Position numbers and translations under genes: made by a program. This document shows positions 59,435 through 64,000 of a DNA stretch of 64,000 nt, piece by piece. The DNA is from an uncultured Solibacteraceae bacterium. Lineage in GTDB: Bacteria > Acidobacteriota > Terriglobia > Bryobacterales > Bryobacteraceae. Under the pieces are notes generated by a model. That model was not told the origin of the DNA. It saw nothing but the letters and a program-made list of their open reading frames with translations, and did not search any database. Each line of letters starts with the position of its first letter. Positions within the stretch are counted from its first letter, which is position 1. Where the stretch lies: contig CAYOQB010000005.1 in the NCBI GenBank assembly GCA_964406035.1, positions 10,860-74,859 on the forward strand. The letters run 5' to 3'.

Positions 59435-60904
59435 CTATCGCAGCAGCGCCCCCGCCGCGAACTTCAGGAACGGCTCCGGAAACAAGCCCAGCAGCAGCGT
59501 CGCCAGGCCGGAGATCGCCACTGCCAGATTCATGCCCGCGCTGGAGGCCAGCGGCTTCGAATCGCCCGGCAGCATGTACATCCCGCGCACGATACGGAAG
59601 TAATAATAGAGGCTGACTGCCACGTACAGCGCCGCGATCACCGCCAAAACGGCGTGCCCAGTCTCCAGCAGCGAGAGAAAGATGTAGTACTTGCCCAGAA
59701 ATCCGCCTGTCGGCGGGATGCCCGCCAGCGACAGCAGGAAGACGAGCATCGCTGCCGCGTACAACGGATGCCGCGCGGCCAGCCCGTTCAGATCGGACAC
59801 GTCTTCCTCCGGCAGCCCCGAGGTGCGTGTGCGGATCGCGATCAGCACCATCAGCACGCCCAGGTTCGCGAACGTGTACACCGCCAGATATACCGCGATG
59901 CCGCGCAGGCCGGTGGCGTTGCCCGCTACCAGGCCAAGCAGCAGATATCCCGCGTGAGAAACGGAGCTGTAGGCGATCAGGCGTTTGACATTCTCCTGTG
60001 TCAGCGCGGCGAAGTTGCCGATCACCAGGGTCAGCACGGCGATTCCGGCGATCGCCGGACGCCATGCCTGGTCCAGCGGCGACAGCGGCCCGTTGAATAT
60101 GCGCAGCAGCAGCGCGAACGATGCCGCCTGCGACGCAACCGAGAGGTACGCGGTCACGGCGGTGGGCGCCCCCGCGTACGCGTCCGGCGCCCACATGTGG
60201 AACGGAGCAGCCGATATCTTGAACAGCAGGCCGGCCAGGATCGTGGCGATCGCCAGCGCGGTGATCGCGTCCACGGAGCCGCGCGCGAAGATCGCCCGCC
60301 GGATCTCTTCCAGGTTGGTGGATCCGCTCAACCCATATAGAAGCGAAAAACCATACGCCAGCAGGCCGCTCGAAAAACTGCCCAAAAGGAAATACTTGAT
60401 CGCCGCTTCGTTGGACCGCCGTTCCCGCTTGAGAAATCCCACCAGCACGTAAAAGCTCAGGGCCATCAGCTCCAGCCCCAGGAACAGCGTGATCAGGTCC
60501 GAGCCGGAGGCCAGAAAGAACATGCCGGAGCACGCCAACAGGATCAGGCCGTAGTATTCGGCGCGATGCTCGCCTTCAATCTCCAGGTAGCGGTAGGAGA
60601 TCAGGGTCACAATGGCCGCGGCCGCCAGGAACATCCAATCGAAGTACATCGAGAAGCTGTCCACGGTCAGCGAGCCGGAGAACGCCACGATCCGGCTGCC
60701 CGGGGCGGCCAGCGCCTGTTGCTGCCGCAGCAGCGCCACCGCCGCGGAAGCCAGCCCCAGCAGAGTGAAGCCGACCAGCCAGCGCGTTCGCGCCGCCCCC
60801 TTGGGCAGCAGGAACTCCAGCAGCAGGATCGCCGAGCCGAACAGCACCAGCATCAGCGCGGGCAGCAGCGCGAAGTGGTCCGCGGCGGTGTAGTATCCGC
60901 TCAT
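59435..60904 (-). CDS. nuoN: NADH-quinone oxidoreductase subunit N
   Basis: ATG 60904 (MSGYYTAADHFALLP). LGLELMALSFYVLVGF, KYFLLGSFSSGLLAYG and APFHMWAPDAYAGAPT. ATGA overlap with nuoM. Confidence 0.92.
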   Translation of the reverse strand: MSGYYTAADHFALLPALMLVLFGSAILLLEFLLPKGAARTRWLVGFTLLGLASAAVALLRQQQALAAPGSRIVAFSGSLTVDSFSMYFDWMFLAAAAIVTLISYRYLEIEGEHRAEYYGLILLACSGMFFLASGSDLITLFLGLELMALSFYVLVGFLKRERRSNEAAIKYFLLGSFSSGLLAYGFSLLYGLSGSTNLEEIRRAIFARGSVDAITALAIATILAGLLFKISAAPFHMWAPDAYAGAPTAVTAYLSVASQAASFALLLRIFNGPLSPLDQAWRPAIAGIAVLTLVIGNFAALTQENVKRLIAYSSVSHAGYLLLGLVAGNATGLRGIAVYLAVYTFANLGVLMVLIAIRTRTSGLPEEDVSDLNGLAARHPLYAAAMLVFLLSLAGIPPTGGFLGKYYIFLSLLETGHAVLAVIAALYVAVSLYYYFRIVRGMYMLPGDSKPLASSAGMNLAVAISGLATLLLGLFPEPFLKFAAGALLR

Positions 60905-62418
60905 CGCAGCTCCGCCTGCCGGTCCGCGAAGTAGCCGGGCTTCACGCGCTCCACAATCTGATTCACGGGCCGCTCCAGAATCTCGAACAGCGGCTTGGGA
61001 TACACGCCGATGCCAAACACCAGCGCCAGCAGCGGGGCCATCACCAGCACTTCGCGAGCCGTCAGATCCGGCAGATTGCGGTTCTCCTCGTGCACCAGCT
61101 TGCCCAGCATGGTGCGCTGATAGAGCCACAGCAGGTACGCCGCGCCCAGCACGATGCCGAACACGGCGAACGCGGCCCACATCCGGTTGGCCTCGAACGC
61201 GCCCGCCAGAATGGTGAACTCGCCGATGAATCCGTTCAGCAGCGGCAGTCCGGCGGAGCTCAGCATCGCGATCGCGAACACCGTCGCGTAGCGCGGCATC
61301 ACGGAGGCGACGCCGCCGAAATCCTCGATCTGCCGCGTGTGCCGCCGCTCATAAATCAGTCCCACCAGCAGAAACAACAGCCCGGTGGAGATCCCGTGAT
61401 TCACCTGCTGCAGCACGCTGCCCGCGATGCCGTTGGGGTTCAGGGAGAAGATCCCCAGCGTGCAGAAGCCCAGATGACTCACCGACGAGTACGCCACCAG
61501 CTTCTTCCAGTCATGCTGCATCAGGCTGACGAACGCGCCGTACAGAATGGCGATGATGGAAAGCACCGCCAGCGTCTGGGCGATCCAGGGGTCCACGGAC
61601 GCTTTCGGCAGCAGCGGCAGAGAAAAACGGATGAACCCATAGGTGCCCATCTTGAGCATCACCGCCGCCAGAATCACGGAGCCGGCGGTGGGCGCCTCCA
61701 CGTGGGCATCCGGCAGCCAGGTGTGGAACGGGAACATCGGAACCTTAATCGCGAATCCCAGGAACAGGGCCCAGAACACCCACTGCTCCATGCCCGGCGT
61801 CATCCGCACCGCCATCAGCGCGCCGATGTCGAAGGTGTAGAACCCGAACTGCAGCTGATGCTGGAAGTACAGGGTCAGCAGTCCCAGCAGCATCAGGACG
61901 CTGCCCGCCAGGGTGTACAGGAACAGCTTCAGCGCGGCGTACAGCCGCCGGGGCCCGCCCCAGATGCCGATCAGGAAGTACATCGGCACCAGCACCACTT
62001 CCCAGAACACGTAGAAGAGGAAAAAGTCCAGCGCGATGAAGACGCCGATCATCGCCGTCTGCAGCACCAGCAGCAGGACGTAATATTCCTTCAGCTTGTC
62101 GCGAACGGAATTCCAGGACGACAGAACGGCCAGGAATCCGATCAGCGTGGTCAGCAGCACCAGCAGCAGGCTGATGCCGTCGATGCCCACGTGATAAGAA
62201 GCGCCGATGGCCGGAATCCAATCCGCGCGCTCGACGAACTGAAAGCCGGTCGCGCCGCGGTCAAAGCGCATCGCCAGTGGCAGTGAAATCAGGAATCCCG
62301 CCAGCGCGATCAGATTCGCCCATAACTTCAGCGCCGTGTGCGCGCGGCCCGGGATCAGCACCAGCACCGCGGCGCCGGCAAGCGGCGTGAACAGCACCCA
62401 CGTCAGCAGATGGCTCAC
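60901..62418 (-). CDS. nuoM: NADH-quinone oxidoreductase subunit M
   Basis: GTG 62418 with GGAGG upstream. FYVFWEVVLVPMYFLIGIWGG, KVPMFPFHTWLPDAHVEAPTAGSVILA. GTGA overlap with nuoL. Confidence 0.92.
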   Translation of the reverse strand: MSHLLTWVLFTPLAGAAVLVLIPGRAHTALKLWANLIALAGFLISLPLAMRFDRGATGFQFVERADWIPAIGASYHVGIDGISLLLVLLTTLIGFLAVLSSWNSVRDKLKEYYVLLLVLQTAMIGVFIALDFFLFYVFWEVVLVPMYFLIGIWGGPRRLYAALKLFLYTLAGSVLMLLGLLTLYFQHQLQFGFYTFDIGALMAVRMTPGMEQWVFWALFLGFAIKVPMFPFHTWLPDAHVEAPTAGSVILAAVMLKMGTYGFIRFSLPLLPKASVDPWIAQTLAVLSIIAILYGAFVSLMQHDWKKLVAYSSVSHLGFCTLGIFSLNPNGIAGSVLQQVNHGISTGLLFLLVGLIYERRHTRQIEDFGGVASVMPRYATVFAIAMLSSAGLPLLNGFIGEFTILAGAFEANRMWAAFAVFGIVLGAAYLLWLYQRTMLGKLVHEENRNLPDLTAREVLVMAPLLALVFGIGVYPKPLFEILERPVNQIVERVKPGYFADRQAELR

Positions 62419-64000
62419 CGCGGACCTCCGAAGGTGAACCACAGCAGCGCCGCCAGCCCGGCGATCAGCACCAGCGCGTACGATTGAACCAGGCCGTTCT
62501 GTGCGAAGCGAACCGGGAAGGAAGCGAGCTTGGCCAGCGCGCCCACCGCACGCACCGCGCCGTCGATCACCCAGCGATCCCACAGCATCGACAGCCGCGA
62601 CAGCCCGCGCGTGAATGCCGCCGCTCCATTCACTCCACCGTCCACCACCAGGCGATCGAACTGGCCCAGGAAGCGGCCTCCGCGATGCGCCACGCCGCGC
62701 ACAATCACCGCGTGGTAAAGCTGATCCACGTACCAGTGATTGCGCAGCAGGTTGGCCACGGGCCCGTGCCACCGGCGATCGTGAAAACGCCACGCCAGCC
62801 AGATGCCCGTCACCGCCACCAGCACCGCGATCCCCGCCAGCCACCCCGCCTTCACTTCCTGATGCGGACCCAAGGCCGGCTCCAGCCAGTGCTGGAACGT
62901 TTGAAAGATCGGCCCCGCCGCCCAGGCTTCCGGCAGCCCCAGCCACCCCACGATGATGCTGCCGGCGGCTAGCACGATCAGCGGACCGGTCATCGACAGC
63001 GGCGATTCGTGAACATCGTGCTCGTGACTCGGCTTGGCATAAAACGCGAGCTGCATCAGCCGCCACATGTAAAACGCCGTCATCAGCGAAGTCAGGATGC
63101 CGATCAGGTACAACGCCGGCGATCCCGTTCCGTAAAGCTGCGCCAGAATTTCATCCTTTGAAAAGAACCCGGCCATTCCCGGCGCGCCCGCGATCGCCAG
63201 CGCGCCGATCAGCATCGTGGCGTGGGTCACCGGCATCTTGCGATACAGGCCGCCCATGCGATGCAAATCGTGCTCCCCATGCAGCGCGTGGATGATGCTG
63301 CCCGCCCCCAGGAACAGCAGAGCCTTGAAGAAGGCGTGCGTGAACAGGTGGAAAATCGCCACCCAGTAGGCGCCCACCCCCAGCGCCAGGAACATGAACC
63401 CGAGCTGGCTGATGGTGGAGTACGCGAGCACGCGCTTGATATCGTCCTGCGCCAGCGCCACCGAAGCCGCGAAAATTGCCGAAATCGCGCCGACGAAAGC
63501 AACAATGTTCGCCACCTCCGGCGATGCCGTGAACAACAGGTTGGAGCGCGCAATCAGGTACACGCCCGCGGTCACCATCGTCGCCGCGTGAATCAGCGCC
63601 GACACCGGCGTCGGACCTTCCATCGCGTCCGGCAGCCAGACGTGGAACGGAAATTGCGCCGATTTGCCCATCGCGCCGATCAGCAGCAGCAAGGCGATGG
63701 TCCCGGCCCAGGGCCCCGCCGCGAGATCCAGAAAGCGCACGCTGCCGCGCGTGAAGAAGATCGCCAGGATGCCCAGGATCAGCGCCGCGTCCGCGATGCG
63801 ATTGGTCAGGAACGCCTTATTGGCGGCGTCCCCCGCCGCCTTGCGATCGAAAAAGAAGCCGATCAGAAGATAGCTGGCGAGGCCCACGCCCTCCCAGCCC
63901 GCGAACATCAGCAGGTAGTTGTTGGCCATCACCAGCAGCAGCATGAAGAAGACGAACAGGTTCAAGTAGCCAAAGAACCGGTAGTAGCCGCCCGCGCGCG
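62415..64000 (-). CDS. nuoL: NADH-quinone oxidoreductase subunit L (N-terminus lies beyond the window end)
   Basis: MFAGWEGVGLASYLLIGFF, SAQFPFHVWLPDAMEGPTPVSALIHAATMV. The reading frame stays open through position 64000 (...YYRFFGYLNLFVFF). Confidence 0.92.
   Translation of the reverse strand, partial: RAGGYYRFFGYLNLFVFFMLLLVMANNYLLMFAGWEGVGLASYLLIGFFFDRKAAGDAANKAFLTNRIADAALILGILAIFFTRGSVRFLDLAAGPWAGTIALLLLIGAMGKSAQFPFHVWLPDAMEGPTPVSALIHAATMVTAGVYLIARSNLLFTASPEVANIVAFVGAISAIFAASVALAQDDIKRVLAYSTISQLGFMFLALGVGAYWVAIFHLFTHAFFKALLFLGAGSIIHALHGEHDLHRMGGLYRKMPVTHATMLIGALAIAGAPGMAGFFSKDEILAQLYGTGSPALYLIGILTSLMTAFYMWRLMQLAFYAKPSHEHDVHESPLSMTGPLIVLAAGSIIVGWLGLPEAWAAGPIFQTFQHWLEPALGPHQEVKAGWLAGIAVLVAVTGIWLAWRFHDRRWHGPVANLLRNHWYVDQLYHAVIVRGVAHRGGRFLGQFDRLVVDGGVNGAAAFTRGLSRLSMLWDRWVIDGAVRAVGALAKLASFPVRFAQNGLVQSYALVLIAGLAALLWFTFGGPR

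Noticed and set aside
59433-63066. Upstream extensions of the nuoH, nuoN and nuoM track ORFs (759, 581 and 721 aa)
   Set aside because: The extensions read through the preceding nuo gene in another frame and give Arg/Gly/Ala-rich nonsense. Internal starts at 59432, 60904 and 62418 reproduce canonical N-termini and give 4-nt overlaps with the upstream stops.

Overview
This is a high-GC, densely coding bacterial chromosomal segment with about 57 protein genes on both strands and many 1-4 nt start/stop overlaps. The protein families suggest an Acidobacteriota-like genome; this is inference only. Those families are tandem secreted VWA proteins, two roughly 1060-1090 aa carboxypeptidase-regulatory-domain TonB-dependent-receptor-like outer-membrane proteins, and many secreted hypotheticals.

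Most of the window is core housekeeping:
- a sulfite-reductase-like 5' fragment, polA, lpxC and a CDP-alcohol phosphatidyltransferase
- an ABC exporter, secA, glgC and rpsU
- grpE-dnaJ, rpoN-hpf-rapZ, recG-rsmD, purB and yajQ
- a thiolase and the distal end of a complex I operon (nuoL-M-N followed by nuoH)

I saw no rRNA, tRNA, CRISPR array, transposase, integrase or phage gene. I could not identify a convincing new multi-gene system such as a defence island.

The most checkable oddities are:
- a promoter / 16-codon uORF / intrinsic-terminator leader in front of a thioredoxin-fold fusion gene (15407-15562)
- two tandem GTA-N8-TAC palindromes between a Crp-family regulator and a REC-PAS-histidine kinase (44019-44058)
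- a single-base frameshift splitting an acyl-CoA synthetase (about 31596)
- nuoH placed after nuoN
- a DksA-type zinc finger fused to a PP2C/SpoIIE phosphatase
- a crp-like / prenyltransferase-repeat / Tat-DUF362 gene string
- several unassignable ORFs (431 aa, 110 aa, 69 aa, 67 aa)

All family calls come from motif recognition by eye. No database search was run.
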